Virus record (IMG/VR): IMGVR_UViG_3300020724_000005
DNA: 64,000 bases
Direction: 5' to 3' (one strand)
DNA from: a virus
The translations under genes were made by a program, and so were the position numbers. A model generated the notes under the pieces. The model worked only from the letters and a program-made list of their open reading frames with translations. It was not told the DNA's origin and ran no database searches. Shown here in pieces: positions 1-9,625 of the stretch (position 1 is its first letter; every line of letters starts with the position of its first letter).

Positions 1-110
1 GTTGAGTCTTTGTGGGAGATGTATTTATCTTTCAAAGACATCAACTGATTTCTTCCAAAAAAGGCTGCTGCAGCTAAAGCTGATATCGCCATCACTATTT
101 TCTGTTTCAT
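1..110 (-). CDS. hypothetical secreted/membrane protein (3' end outside window)
   Basis: ATG at 110 opens MKQKIVMAISALAAAAFFGRNQLMSLKDKYISHKDS..., hydrophobic N-terminus; runs off left edge. Confidence 0.35.
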   Translation of the reverse strand, partial: MKQKIVMAISALAAAAFFGRNQLMSLKDKYISHKDS

Positions 111-112
111 TC

Positions 113-454
113 CTACTTTATTTTACCGAGTTGTTGTAACACCGCTATTTTGGATTCAGCCGCTGCTAAAGTGCTATCAGATCTTCTAAGTTGATTGCTT
201 AAGTTCTCTACTCTGACTTCTAACGCCTGTATCTTTTTGCTTTGGTTTTCTATCTGGCCAGTATAATTCATCTTGCCATCTACGTATAAATATCCGATCG
301 CGATGAGAACTATGAATAACATCCCTTTTACAGGATCTTTACTGAAGTCCTTGAAGCTTATCGGCATCAATGAAGGTGCTTTGACAGCAGTCTCTTTGGG
401 CACAACAGCTTTAGGCTTTGCAGCCTTAGGCTTTACAGTTTTAACAGTAGTCAT
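113..454 (-). CDS. hypothetical membrane-anchored coiled-coil protein
   Basis: 113-aa ORF, Lys/Pro-rich N-term, one hydrophobic helix (MLFIVLIAIGYLYV), heptad-like C-term. Confidence 0.6.
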   Translation of the reverse strand: MTTVKTVKPKAAKPKAVVPKETAVKAPSLMPISFKDFSKDPVKGMLFIVLIAIGYLYVDGKMNYTGQIENQSKKIQALEVRVENLSNQLRRSDSTLAAAESKIAVLQQLGKIK

Positions 455-469
455 TTAGATAGGGTTTGA

Positions 470-477
470 TATAAATA
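470..477 (-). promoter_or_regulatory. TATTTATA upstream box (class II)
   Basis: plus-strand tataaata = sense TATTTATA 15 nt upstream of ATG 454. Confidence 0.35.
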
Positions 478-496
478 TCGAAGTGTTTTCGTAACC

Positions 497-967
497 TTAT
501 GATTTTACAAGCTTAGTCTTATCTACAAAATCTGCTCTTCTTACTGATGGTATCTTTCTGACTCTGTCTTCTATTGTTTTTATAGTACTTGTGTCAAAAG
601 TTTCAAATGGGGCTGGGTCTATCTTGATGCTGATGTCCACAACATACTTTTTTAACCTTGCTGCCGATGGCTGACGGTTATTTGTAACACGTACGATGGT
701 AACTCCAGTTAGAGCCCTGATGTCAGAGAGGATGTCTGCAAGTGATCTCTTTGTAGTATCTGCCATGAGTCTGCCTTCTATCTGATAGATCTTAGGACTG
801 AATGTTTCTTTGACAGTAGAATTTATATCTTTAGCCGCTTTCACAGCTTTTTTATATGCTTTACTGCCTTTACGAGCAGGTTTCTCTCCCCTAGCTCTTT
901 TTGCTCGGATGTTCGCCCAGAGTCCAGGCTTTTCTATTTCCTTCAGTATGTCTATGAGCTTTATCAT
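497..967 (-). CDS. hypothetical protein
   Basis: ORF 497..1021; start moved to ATG 967 (MIKLIDILKEI...) forming ATGA overlap with upstream stop. Confidence 0.55.
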   Translation of the reverse strand: MIKLIDILKEIEKPGLWANIRAKRARGEKPARKGSKAYKKAVKAAKDINSTVKETFSPKIYQIEGRLMADTTKRSLADILSDIRALTGVTIVRVTNNRQPSAARLKKYVVDISIKIDPAPFETFDTSTIKTIEDRVRKIPSVRRADFVDKTKLVKS

Positions 968-1221
968 GTCTTTTTTATCTTTATCTTTACGGATCCGGTT
1001 CCTTTTATAGCACGATGCCAAACCCCTCTTGGTATAAATATCTCTCCTTTCATCTTTACAGGTATCTGGTTGTCCATTTGAAACTTCCAGTCTGTGTCTC
1101 CTACCACCTCTATCAACCTATCTTCCTGATCTCTGTGCCACTTAAGCTCTATAGGATCTATGTTCTCATCGAACTCTCTGATCAGGACTTCATCTTCCAA
1201 AATGTCTTTATATGGCCTCAT
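964..1221 (-). CDS. hypothetical small protein
   Basis: 85-aa ORF, ATG start, tightly packed between neighbours. Confidence 0.55.
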   Translation of the reverse strand: MRPYKDILEDEVLIREFDENIDPIELKWHRDQEDRLIEVVGDTDWKFQMDNQIPVKMKGEIFIPRGVWHRAIKGTGSVKIKIKKT

Positions 1222-1223
1222 GT

Positions 1224-1820
1224 CTACCAGTATCCTGAAAAGTTACTCTTCAATCCCAACAGCTTTGCGTATCGCGGAAGTCTGCACGCCCAGTACCCAG
1301 CATGTGTCTTGTCTTTCTTCTGAGCGCATTTGTGTCTCGCTGCGAAGCTCTTTCTTGCTGCTGGGTTGTTGATCTTTGCGCTAAGTCCTGTCGTGTCTCC
1401 AAAGCTGACCTTCTTTATTCCGCCTGTCTTTGGATTCCTTACGAACACATAGAACTTCTTAGATCCTCCTCTGTGTGGTTTGTTCAAAGCCGGCTGTTTC
1501 TTTTTTGACTTTGCCTTTGCTTCGAGTAAAAAATCTCTCGTCATCGGATAGTCTAGCGGAACTGTAATGCCTTTGTAGTTTCCGGTCAATCCTAGGTCAG
1601 TTTCTGTCAGGTACCATATATCTTCATCGCCCAACGACAAAAGTCCCCTATTTAGCAACTGGCGCGCTTCTGTGAACAGGGCTACGAAGTTTGCTGACTG
1701 AGGACGATATATGTTTTCGTTCAAGTCGATGGAATTGTCCAAATGGTAAGCAAGCCCCTCAGATATAAGGAGCTTATTTGCAGTTTCATGTAAAGTTATC
1801 TTGCCTCTATTGCAACACAT
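1224..1820 (-). CDS. conserved viral hypothetical protein
   Basis: C-terminal block GGSKKFYVFVRNPKTGGIKKVSFGD...ARKSFAARHKC...AGYWACR resembles a domain I recall from marine phages/giant viruses (not searched). Confidence 0.6.
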   Translation of the reverse strand: MCCNRGKITLHETANKLLISEGLAYHLDNSIDLNENIYRPQSANFVALFTEARQLLNRGLLSLGDEDIWYLTETDLGLTGNYKGITVPLDYPMTRDFLLEAKAKSKKKQPALNKPHRGGSKKFYVFVRNPKTGGIKKVSFGDTTGLSAKINNPAARKSFAARHKCAQKKDKTHAGYWACRLPRYAKLLGLKSNFSGYW

Positions 1821-1821
1821 G

Positions 1822-2196
1822 TTAGTGTAAGTATTGTAGTTTGTAAAGTGTTGTCTCTATCAGCTGGTAGATCTCATCTATCAAGTTCTGGAGGTATGTG
1901 TCATCTTGCAGCATCGTTCTAGTCCTCTCTACATACTGGGAAAGCGCCTTGAAGTATATGACTGGGTTGCCGTCCTCTCTGAAAGTTGTAGGACCGTCGT
2001 ATCCTGTGATTATGCCGTATTTGCCTTGGAAAGCTTCTACAAATTCATCGACTGCATCAACTATCTCATCATAGTATTCATTGAGCGCTTTATGCTCAGC
2101 AAAAGAAGATTCGTCCTGTACTTGCCAGTGAAATATATGAGCCTGTGTTCTTGATGCCAGAAGGGTTGATATGAACTTTGCTACTGTTGGATTCAT
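1822..2196 (-). CDS. ferritin/Dps-like four-helix-bundle protein
   Basis: start moved to MNPTVAKF (ATG 2196); AHIFHWQV...FAEHKALNEYYDEIVDAVDEFVE helix pattern. Confidence 0.45.
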   Translation of the reverse strand: MNPTVAKFISTLLASRTQAHIFHWQVQDESSFAEHKALNEYYDEIVDAVDEFVEAFQGKYGIITGYDGPTTFREDGNPVIYFKALSQYVERTRTMLQDDTYLQNLIDEIYQLIETTLYKLQYLH

Positions 2197-2197
2197 G

Positions 2198-2995
2198 CTA
2201 TAATTCCATTTTTTTAATAGTATTTGTAACAAATCTTGCTGCATCTTTAATAGAATATTCAAACTCTTTTGCTATCCTTTTTAAAAATGTTTCAACCATT
2301 TTTTCCTCAAGTGACAGACTTTTAACAGCTTCATTCACTTTTTTCTTCTTTCCGTCTTCTTGCTCTTCTGATTCTTCTTCTTTCTTAGACTTAGAAACTT
2401 TTTCGAGTTTATCCATCAGGTCTTCTATCTTGCCTTGGATCTGGGATATGTGTTGTTTGTGTTCTCCTGCATGGTCCGGATTCTCCTTTGCCATCTTCAT
2501 GTGGTCTTTTCTTTTAGATTCCAGCTTATCGATCATAGAAGTCAGCTTCTTTGCCACTGTGCCTTTCTTCTCTTCGAGCTTTTTCATCTCGTCAAGGTGA
2601 TCTTTATGGAGTCCTTCTGCGCATTTCATCGCCTCGTCTTGGTCTCCGTATACTCCATGGATCGTCTGAGCATCGATGCCTTTGTGGCTTGCACCCAATA
2701 CTGGATCTATCTCGTGAACCATGTCTTTTACATCACACCCTGGGTATGGTTTTAGCACTGCGTGGAGAGAACCTACTTTGTTCTCGTAGTTCTCTTTTAC
2801 GACTTTCTTAGTCTTTTTCACCTTTACTGGCAGCTTCTTTGTCTTTGTAGATGCAAAGGCAGTAGCTCCTTTCTTGCTTATATGTTTTGCAACATCTTGA
2901 GCTTTTTTAGACACTGAAGATGGTTTTACAGTCCCTTTTTGGATACCGTGTACTATTCCAAAGAATTTCTGTTGTTTTTGGGATTTTGCTGGCAT
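2198..2995 (-). CDS. Lys/Glu-rich protein with DUF3008-like N-terminus
   Basis: MPAKSQKQQKFFGIVHGIQKG start resembles DUF3008 signature; charged coiled-coil-like C-half. Confidence 0.5.
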   Translation of the reverse strand: MPAKSQKQQKFFGIVHGIQKGTVKPSSVSKKAQDVAKHISKKGATAFASTKTKKLPVKVKKTKKVVKENYENKVGSLHAVLKPYPGCDVKDMVHEIDPVLGASHKGIDAQTIHGVYGDQDEAMKCAEGLHKDHLDEMKKLEEKKGTVAKKLTSMIDKLESKRKDHMKMAKENPDHAGEHKQHISQIQGKIEDLMDKLEKVSKSKKEEESEEQEDGKKKKVNEAVKSLSLEEKMVETFLKRIAKEFEYSIKDAARFVTNTIKKMEL

Positions 2996-3009
2996 GGATT
3001 TGTATTTTC

Positions 3010-3017
3010 TATAAATA
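3010..3017 (-). promoter_or_regulatory. TATTTATA upstream box (class II)
   Basis: sense TATTTATA 14 nt upstream of ATG 2995. Confidence 0.35.
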
Positions 3018-3019
3018 TA

Positions 3020-3595
3020 CTAGATTTCGATAGCTTTGATCTTCTTCAGGTTCTCCTTGATCTCGTCGTAAACCTTGGTCTTGTCTCCGCCTTTCCAGCT
3101 TTCGACCTCTCCGTTCTCAGATACAAATGACTCGTCTTGCATCTCAAACCAGGAATCTATCGCCTTTTCTATGTCTTCTAGGGTAGCATTCTTGTTTGAG
3201 TTCAGAATTCCTTTTTCGTACTCTTCCCAACGACCTTCTTGCTTTATCTTAGACTCCATGTCTATGACGCAGTCAAAGCACATCTGGTGTATCGAATACA
3301 TCTTCTTATTGAGATCATGGGATTTCATTGGGTTCAAACACTTTGGACAGCACAAAGGCAGACTCAACAGCTTTTTCACGGAATCCAGCTTTGTCACTGT
3401 CTGTTTTATCCCTCGTTTTATAGTCCAAGTCTTACCATCTTCTTCCCAAATATCGCCCTCTAAATGATCTTCAGCCTTCTTTTCGTATCCAGACTGTATT
3501 TGGGTCTTGTCTCCCGTCTTTCCGGTTAGGAGGTTTCTCAGTCTTGTGACGTCCTTTTTAGAGAACTCTTTTTTTAGGTTTGATTCCTTTGCCAT
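3020..3595 (-). CDS. hypothetical zinc-ribbon protein
   Basis: 191 aa; CCPKC...CFDC four-Cys cluster. Confidence 0.55.
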   Translation of the reverse strand: MAKESNLKKEFSKKDVTRLRNLLTGKTGDKTQIQSGYEKKAEDHLEGDIWEEDGKTWTIKRGIKQTVTKLDSVKKLLSLPLCCPKCLNPMKSHDLNKKMYSIHQMCFDCVIDMESKIKQEGRWEEYEKGILNSNKNATLEDIEKAIDSWFEMQDESFVSENGEVESWKGGDKTKVYDEIKENLKKIKAIEI

Positions 3596-4505
3596 ATTTC
3601 GTAACTTTTGATTAATAATATTTTAATTTCACCCCTTTTTGTAAGTCTTTCCACACTTTGGATACACTACATTTATTTTGTCTAGAATATTCTGCTAAAG
3701 AACAGAAAACTAACCCTGATTCAATTTCTATTATTTTTTTACTTTTTTTAGGATGATTTTTAAGTGCATTACTTAATTTAAGTTTTACATCTTTTGAAGT
3801 AGTCTTTCCATACATCGGATTTTTTTCTCCTTTTCTATTATCACTTAATGTTTTTCTACTTTTTTTATCCATGTAATGTTTTCCTTTATTATTAATCGAT
3901 ATTTTAATTTTATGTTCTTCAGATAAAGATTTTGTTTTTATTCCAAAATTCCAAGGAATATTACCTTTTAGAGATTCTCTTATTTTATTTTTAATATCGT
4001 CTGATATTTTTTTATTTTTATGTATTTTAGAGTTGCTTTTACAAAATTCAATTTTTAATCTTTCATAAACCCGACTAGATACTTTATATTCAACTATAGA
4101 TTTTTTTCTTCTTTTATTACTCATTGCCCATGATATGTATTTTATTTTTTTATTTCTGGGGTATATTTCACAGAGTAAAAGATGACATAAAAAATGTTCT
4201 CCTGCTGTTAGCGGTATTATATTTTCATCATTCCAATTTGAACTTTTACCTTTTCCTCCTAAGCATTTTGGAATAATATGATGTCCTTCATAATAACCTC
4301 CATTCTTTTTATGTAATTTTCTTTGTTCTAGTTCAGATTTTGCTCTTTGACAGATTTGATTATATATCTTATAGTAATTCATAAAAAAATAGGCCGAAGA
4401 TAAAAGAGTTCTAGTCCAACTCAAAAATCAAACGGCCAATAAATTCATATTTATAATAGCTAGGACTAGTAGTATTATCTACTATAAATATTAGTCTTTT
4501 GAAAT
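3596..4505 (-). mobile_element. free-standing homing-endonuclease island
   Basis: visibly more AT-rich than both flanks; carries only the HNH gene; flanked by ~80 nt AT-rich non-coding DNA. Confidence 0.45.
3612..4382 (-). CDS. HNH homing endonuclease with NUMOD3-like repeats
   Basis: GHHIIPKCLGGKG...NIIPLTAGEHFLCH HNH motif; repeated GxxxxxxGKxxSEEHKxKIS-type NUMOD3 units; start set to MNYYKIY. Confidence 0.8.
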   Translation of the reverse strand: MNYYKIYNQICQRAKSELEQRKLHKKNGGYYEGHHIIPKCLGGKGKSSNWNDENIIPLTAGEHFLCHLLLCEIYPRNKKIKYISWAMSNKRRKKSIVEYKVSSRVYERLKIEFCKSNSKIHKNKKISDDIKNKIRESLKGNIPWNFGIKTKSLSEEHKIKISINNKGKHYMDKKSRKTLSDNRKGEKNPMYGKTTSKDVKLKLSNALKNHPKKSKKIIEIESGLVFCSLAEYSRQNKCSVSKVWKDLQKGVKLKYY

Positions 4506-4868
4506 TTACTCATATATATCTGGGCATATTTTACCCCACTCTCTTAGACAAATTCCAGCTACATCATGAGCATCGTTCTCTATTGGGCTTCCAGTCTCTC
4601 CAGATTTTGGCCCCAGAGTTCCCATCTCGTTCTGCTTGTGGTGAGTCATTTCATGCGCCAGAGTCCTACATATGTCAGCGAGGTTTCTGTTCTTTATGTA
4701 AACGACTAGAGATCTTGTCTCATTGGTGTACTCTCCCATGGTGCCTTTCTTCTTAGACCAGGCGTTGTCAGATATGAATTTGATCTTTGGAAGAGCCTCA
4801 AGGTCGAGAGCTTCTTTTGTGAAATTTATGAAGTCGGCGATTATTTCAGCCCTTTTTTGTAGTTCCAT
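4506..4868 (-). CDS. putative small Zn metallopeptidase
   Basis: HEMTHH (HExxH) motif in 120-aa protein. Confidence 0.5.
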   Translation of the reverse strand: MELQKRAEIIADFINFTKEALDLEALPKIKFISDNAWSKKKGTMGEYTNETRSLVVYIKNRNLADICRTLAHEMTHHKQNEMGTLGPKSGETGSPIENDAHDVAGICLREWGKICPDIYE

Positions 4869-4872
4869 ATAT

Positions 4873-4880
4873 TATAAATA
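4873..4880 (-). promoter_or_regulatory. TATTTATA upstream box (class II)
   Basis: sense TATTTATA only 4 nt from ATG 4868 (leaderless-type spacing). Confidence 0.3.
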
Positions 4881-4882
4881 TG

Positions 4883-7800
4883 CTACTCGTGGTATACCTT
4901 TGAAAAACCGTCTTTGACTTTGTCTATGGAGATCTGATGATCTACTATGTCTTTTATGGATTCTATGTGAGATATTATGACCACAAATTTGAACTGAGTC
5001 TTTAGGTATTCCATCAATATAGAGACGTTTCTAAGATTTCCTTGGTCTAAAGTTCCCCAGCCCTCATCTATAACCAGGAAGTTAGGTCTTGGCAAAGAAG
5101 TCAAATTTATCAAAGAAGACCTTATTGCTAGAGAAGATATGAATTTTTCCATGCCACTGGACAGCTCTATTGGCCACTTTTTGGTCTCATCATACACTAT
5201 ATAAGCATTTATGTTCTTACCGTCAGACTGTATTGAGATACAGAAATCTACTATCTGAGCCAGTATGTTGTTTATCTCATCCTGTATTTTTGGTATCACC
5301 GAGCTTATCAAATCATATGGAAGTCCGTCTCTTCCTGTTGCAGAAAGATAATACTCGTAGTATTTGAACTTATCTTCTAAAGCCTTCAGGTTGTTTATGT
5401 TTAGGTTTGTTTTTGCTATCTCTTCTTCACACACGTTGATGTTTGTATTACAGCTCATAACGTATCCAGACACCTTAGAAAGATCAGACTTTAAAGAAGA
5501 TATCTCAGCCTGTAAAACATTTAGCCTTGATCTTATGTCTTTGTTCGATTCTATGGCGGCTTCTTTTTCATCATGCAGTTTGATCTTCGACTCTACATCC
5601 TTTATTGATGTCTCATTTTTATGAAGGTCCAGATCTATCTTATTCAGATCAGACTCTGTCTTCATCTTTTCATTCTTCTTCTTTGTTAAATTTACTTGGG
5701 CAGATTCATACGATGCAACTTTTGTATTTAAAATTTGAACTCTTCCTTTTAATTCCTCCAGCTCTAATACTACTTTTTTTGAATTTTCTTTGTCAGATTC
5801 TATAGAACCTTTTGTGGCTATTGCATCTTTCACAAATGCATTTTCCATGCAATACTTGCAGCTTTCATCATATTTTAAATCCTCAAGCTTTTTCATCTTT
5901 TCTAGCTTCTGGGATATATCATACTTTAGATTTTCTGAAAGTATAGACAGCTGAGCTATCTTATCAGTAGAATTTTTGAGATCAAGCTTTGCATCATTAT
6001 AGCTCAATTCATCTGATTTTTGAGCTTCATCTTCTGCTTTTTTTAGCTCTAATTCATTGTCTTTTAGCTTTTTTTCAAGGTCTTTCTTTTTATCATTTAA
6101 AGCAGATCTTACGTCAGTCATTGCTTTCTTTTGTGATTCTAACCTCTCTATGTCAAGTATATCTGAGTCTATCACCGCCAACTTTGAGCTCATTTTGACG
6201 TAATCTTCAGTTGCAATGTCTATTTGCTCTTCCAATATTTTTTTCTTTTCTTCGAGCTCTCTGTATTCTACAGAATACGATTTTAGACTTGAGTCTAGAT
6301 CCTTCAACTTTGAAAAGTAGTCGTATTTTTTGTATTCTTTTATGAGCACTGAATACTCTTTTATATTCTCACTTGCAATGCTGTTTAGGTCTTCAAAAAC
6401 TTTTATGTCCAAAAACTGAGACAGCAGATCCTTTCTTTCAGACTGCCCCATATCAATAAAACCAATGTTGTTATTCTGCATTGACATGCTAGTAAGAACA
6501 AAATCGTCATATGTTCCTATCACCGATCTTATTGATGCATTTGTGTCTGCTCTATCTTTACCGTTAAGGAGGATGATATTTCCTTGATCATCTGCGTAAT
6601 AAAAGCTTACATCTTGCTTTACACTGTCTGAGTTAGATCTGTATGACGCTCTTCTCTCTATGGTATAGATGTTTCCATCAAGTTCAAATTCAAATTTGCA
6701 ATAGAAGTCATTGCTGCGGTTGTTCATAACCATTGCTGCTTTGTTAGTCTTGGATGACTTGTCAAAAAGACAATACACAAGTGCTTCTATTGCAGAGCTT
6801 TTTCCAGATGCATTTCTGGCAAACACTCCATAAGATCCATTCATATCTGTAAAGTCTATTACATTGTCTTTTCCATAGCTGAACATGTTAGAGAACTCAA
6901 ATCTCTTTGGATTCCAGTGTATGTTTCTTATAGAATCTGTCTTTGGCAAGCTTTTATTTATCTCTGTGTTGAGTTCACACACCTTTTCTATATCTTCTTG
7001 AGATAATCCAAATTTAGACTTTAAATGATCTGTCAGCAGAAAGTTTTGATATGACACATCTCTTACATTAGAGTTGTTTACATTAACAAGAGATGCAGAT
7101 GTTTGGTCTTTTACAACCTGTTGAGTAAGCTCTATGACATTTTTTTGATCTTTTATTTCAGCCACTATGCTTTTTATTTCTGCTGGAGAAGTGTTTTTTG
7201 ATCTTATCTTCAAGTATATGTTTACAGGAAGATCTTTTGGGAGGTCTTTGTATATACCATTTTCTACGTCTATAGTATAAAACGCTGTATCATTTTGTAT
7301 CCTTACAAATTCTGAAGTTTTTGACTCTACATCCCACACAAGTATTCCATGGTCTAAAGACTCTCCATGGTCTTGTTGTATCAGGCTTCCTGGATAAGCT
7401 GCTGTCTTCTTGTCATTTACATACTGGCACGCAACATGTATGTCTCCAAGCAGTGCAAGATCAAACCCACCAAAGTCAGATGGGCTTACGCTATTGCCAG
7501 TAAGCTTGAACCCAAGATCAGTGTAAGAATCATTAACTGGTCCGTGGTACAGACATATCTTACATTCAGACTTTATATCAGACGCTTTTATGTAGTTTTT
7601 TACGTCATCAAATACTGACCAATGTACAAAATCTATGTTTGCTATCTTAAATACCCCGCTGTCTTTTAGATAAGTTATATTCTTGTCTGCCATTGCATTT
7701 ATGATAGGACTTAAGCTATCTAGCCTATCATTGTTGTTTAGATTTGCGTCATGATTGCCAGGTATAACTACAACTGGCAACAGCGCACTCATCATCCTTA

Positions 7801-8008
7801 AGAACTCTTGCACTTCTTGCACAAGCTCCGGCGTTATGTCTGTTTTTGAATGCACAACATCTCCAGTTATGCAAATTATGCTTTCATCTGTCTTTGTATT
7901 TTTTATGTAGTCTGAGACTTTTTGAAACACCCTTTTGTATTCAGCGTGTCTTTTAAAATTTCGCAGATGTATGTCTGATATGTGGTAGATCTTTTTTATT
8001 TTTAGCAT
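4883..8008 (-). CDS. fused Mre11/SbcD-like nuclease + Rad50/SbcC-like ATPase
   Basis: N-term phosphoesterase motifs SDIHL, GDVVH, GNHD, GDIH; then Walker A ARNASGKSS, long coiled coils with CKYC hook, LSSGM signature, Walker B FLVIDEG, ISH. Confidence 0.85.
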   Translation of the reverse strand: MLKIKKIYHISDIHLRNFKRHAEYKRVFQKVSDYIKNTKTDESIICITGDVVHSKTDITPELVQEVQEFLRMMSALLPVVVIPGNHDANLNNNDRLDSLSPIINAMADKNITYLKDSGVFKIANIDFVHWSVFDDVKNYIKASDIKSECKICLYHGPVNDSYTDLGFKLTGNSVSPSDFGGFDLALLGDIHVACQYVNDKKTAAYPGSLIQQDHGESLDHGILVWDVESKTSEFVRIQNDTAFYTIDVENGIYKDLPKDLPVNIYLKIRSKNTSPAEIKSIVAEIKDQKNVIELTQQVVKDQTSASLVNVNNSNVRDVSYQNFLLTDHLKSKFGLSQEDIEKVCELNTEINKSLPKTDSIRNIHWNPKRFEFSNMFSYGKDNVIDFTDMNGSYGVFARNASGKSSAIEALVYCLFDKSSKTNKAAMVMNNRSNDFYCKFEFELDGNIYTIERRASYRSNSDSVKQDVSFYYADDQGNIILLNGKDRADTNASIRSVIGTYDDFVLTSMSMQNNNIGFIDMGQSERKDLLSQFLDIKVFEDLNSIASENIKEYSVLIKEYKKYDYFSKLKDLDSSLKSYSVEYRELEEKKKILEEQIDIATEDYVKMSSKLAVIDSDILDIERLESQKKAMTDVRSALNDKKKDLEKKLKDNELELKKAEDEAQKSDELSYNDAKLDLKNSTDKIAQLSILSENLKYDISQKLEKMKKLEDLKYDESCKYCMENAFVKDAIATKGSIESDKENSKKVVLELEELKGRVQILNTKVASYESAQVNLTKKKNEKMKTESDLNKIDLDLHKNETSIKDVESKIKLHDEKEAAIESNKDIRSRLNVLQAEISSLKSDLSKVSGYVMSCNTNINVCEEEIAKTNLNINNLKALEDKFKYYEYYLSATGRDGLPYDLISSVIPKIQDEINNILAQIVDFCISIQSDGKNINAYIVYDETKKWPIELSSGMEKFISSLAIRSSLINLTSLPRPNFLVIDEGWGTLDQGNLRNVSILMEYLKTQFKFVVIISHIESIKDIVDHQISIDKVKDGFSKVYHE

Positions 8009-8940
8009 AATGCTGTTTGCATTTTTAACATTAATAAACTTGATGCTGTCAAAGGTTTTGCCTTATGTAAGTATTCTATCGTTCCTTTAAATCCTATCTC
8101 AGAAGGATCTTTTCCTTCAAGCTTGATCAGGTAAACTTCCTTTCCAAAGTCTAGTAGCTTTTGTGCGTGGTCTATAGATTCCATTAGAGCATCTTCATCC
8201 AAAGCAAGATATATGGTCTTGACTTCATGTTGAAGCAGCTTGATCATTAGTGCCTTTGATATTGTCTTTCCAAATAATGGAACTGCATTTCTTTTTACAG
8301 CCATAGCGTCAAATATGCCTTCGCACAATATGATCGGAACTTCCCAGTTTATATAATATTCAAAGCCGATGATCTCAGATTTTTTGCATTCTGGAGAGTC
8401 TATCTTAAGCTTAGGCTCCTTTTCAAAAGACCTAGCTATAAAATAATTGATCTTGCCATCTTTGTTGTAGGATGGTATGATAACTTTGTTTTTATATCTG
8501 CCTGAAGCACAATACCCTATGTTGTATTTTTTGATATCTAAGTCTGTTAAATTTCTCTTTTTTAGATAGATCATAGCCTGTCTTTTTTCTAAACTCAAAT
8601 CAGAGTTGTCTAACAAGCTAACAAACTCTTTAGGCATAGATACAGATTTCTGTTCTTTATCTACATCAACACTTGTAGTATCATTTAAAAAATAGCTCTT
8701 CATCTCTCTTATGGCTTCAGATGGAGCTTCTATCTTTTTTAACAAAGATACTGGAGTTTTCCCCTTTGTTGCAGGGTGGCACGTAAAGCAGTTGTAGTTT
8801 CCAGAAATAACATTGATTATAAGCTTTGGATTTTTATGCTTACATATAGGACAATAGAATGATACATCTCCTTTTGAAAGATTTTTACCTTTTCCTATAT
8901 AAACTTCAAGTAAACTTTGAACCAATCGGGAATTATCCAT
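8002..8940 (-). CDS. DNA primase (DnaG-type Zn finger + TOPRIM)
   Basis: CPICKHK...CFTCH zinc finger; ILCEGIFDAMAV and LALDEDA TOPRIM motifs; start set to MDNSRLV (ATG 8940). Confidence 0.8.
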   Translation of the reverse strand: MDNSRLVQSLLEVYIGKGKNLSKGDVSFYCPICKHKNPKLIINVISGNYNCFTCHPATKGKTPVSLLKKIEAPSEAIREMKSYFLNDTTSVDVDKEQKSVSMPKEFVSLLDNSDLSLEKRQAMIYLKKRNLTDLDIKKYNIGYCASGRYKNKVIIPSYNKDGKINYFIARSFEKEPKLKIDSPECKKSEIIGFEYYINWEVPIILCEGIFDAMAVKRNAVPLFGKTISKALMIKLLQHEVKTIYLALDEDALMESIDHAQKLLDFGKEVYLIKLEGKDPSEIGFKGTIEYLHKAKPLTASSLLMLKMQTALC

Positions 8941-9153
8941 ATTACAGAATATGATAAAAAACTTATTAATAGATAAATTTAAAAAAAAAGTGAACAAAAA
9001 TAATTCCACTTTAAACGAGAATTTTTTTATTCCACAGAATTTTTTATTTTCTCTAAACGGAACGGGGAGATAGTAGTGGAACAAAGGGGCTGGCGCCCAA
9101 GCTACTTAATAACATAAGAATATAATAATACTATAAGTATACTATATAATACT
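8941..9153. promoter_or_regulatory. divergent AT-rich control region
   Basis: between leftward primase and rightward genes; TTCCAC at 9004 and 9030, inverted GTGGAA at 9076, GC hairpin GGGCTGGCGCCC ~9087. Confidence 0.3.
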
Positions 9154-9312
9154 ATGAATATAGAAGATTATAAAGACAGAAAAGAATTAACTGAAGATGA
9201 ACTGGACGCATTGTATATGTATCTTGCTATAGAATTAGAAGGAATGCAAGATGAACAAAGAGCTATGTGGGCAGATATTCTTGATAAAATTGACCCAGAT
9301 GACCAGATATAA
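9154..9312 (+). CDS. hypothetical acidic 52-aa protein
   Basis: MNIEDYKDRKELTEDELDALYMYLAIELEGMQDEQRAMWADILDKIDPDDQI; below ORF-track cutoff. Confidence 0.35.
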   Translation: MNIEDYKDRKELTEDELDALYMYLAIELEGMQDEQRAMWADILDKIDPDDQI

Positions 9313-9625
9313 AATCGTATTAGCAACTCTTACTGGATGTAAGTCTTGCCAAGGACTTAAAGAACTTTTAAATGCAAATCAAATAAAATTTGTAGAAGTT
9401 CCGTGTGATAAAGATCCTGGAATGTGTGACCAGCTTGAAAAGATAACTGGAAAGTCACACTATCCTATGGCAGTAATAAAGGACTTGACTAAAAACTTAG
9501 ACTACATATATTTCACAAGTTTTGATTATAATGAATTAGGAAAAGAAAGAATTGTTGATGAAAAAGTTAGAGCTGTCCCGTTCTTTTCCCAGGAAGAAAT
9601 ACTAAAAAAGATAAAAAATATATGA
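9299..9625 (+). CDS. glutaredoxin/NrdH-like redoxin
   Basis: start set to MTRYKIVLATLTGCKSCQGLKELL; CxxC after beta1, YPMAV later. Confidence 0.55.
   Translation: MTRYKIVLATLTGCKSCQGLKELLNANQIKFVEVPCDKDPGMCDQLEKITGKSHYPMAVIKDLTKNLDYIYFTSFDYNELGKERIVDEKVRAVPFFSQEEILKKIKNI

Noticed and set aside
5170-7618. Plus-strand ORFs inside the Mre11-Rad50 gene (5170, 5364, 5605, 5989, 7321, 7367)
   Set aside because: They are antisense to a 1041-aa gene with complete motif sets, and their composition is low-complexity Leu/Ser/Phe.
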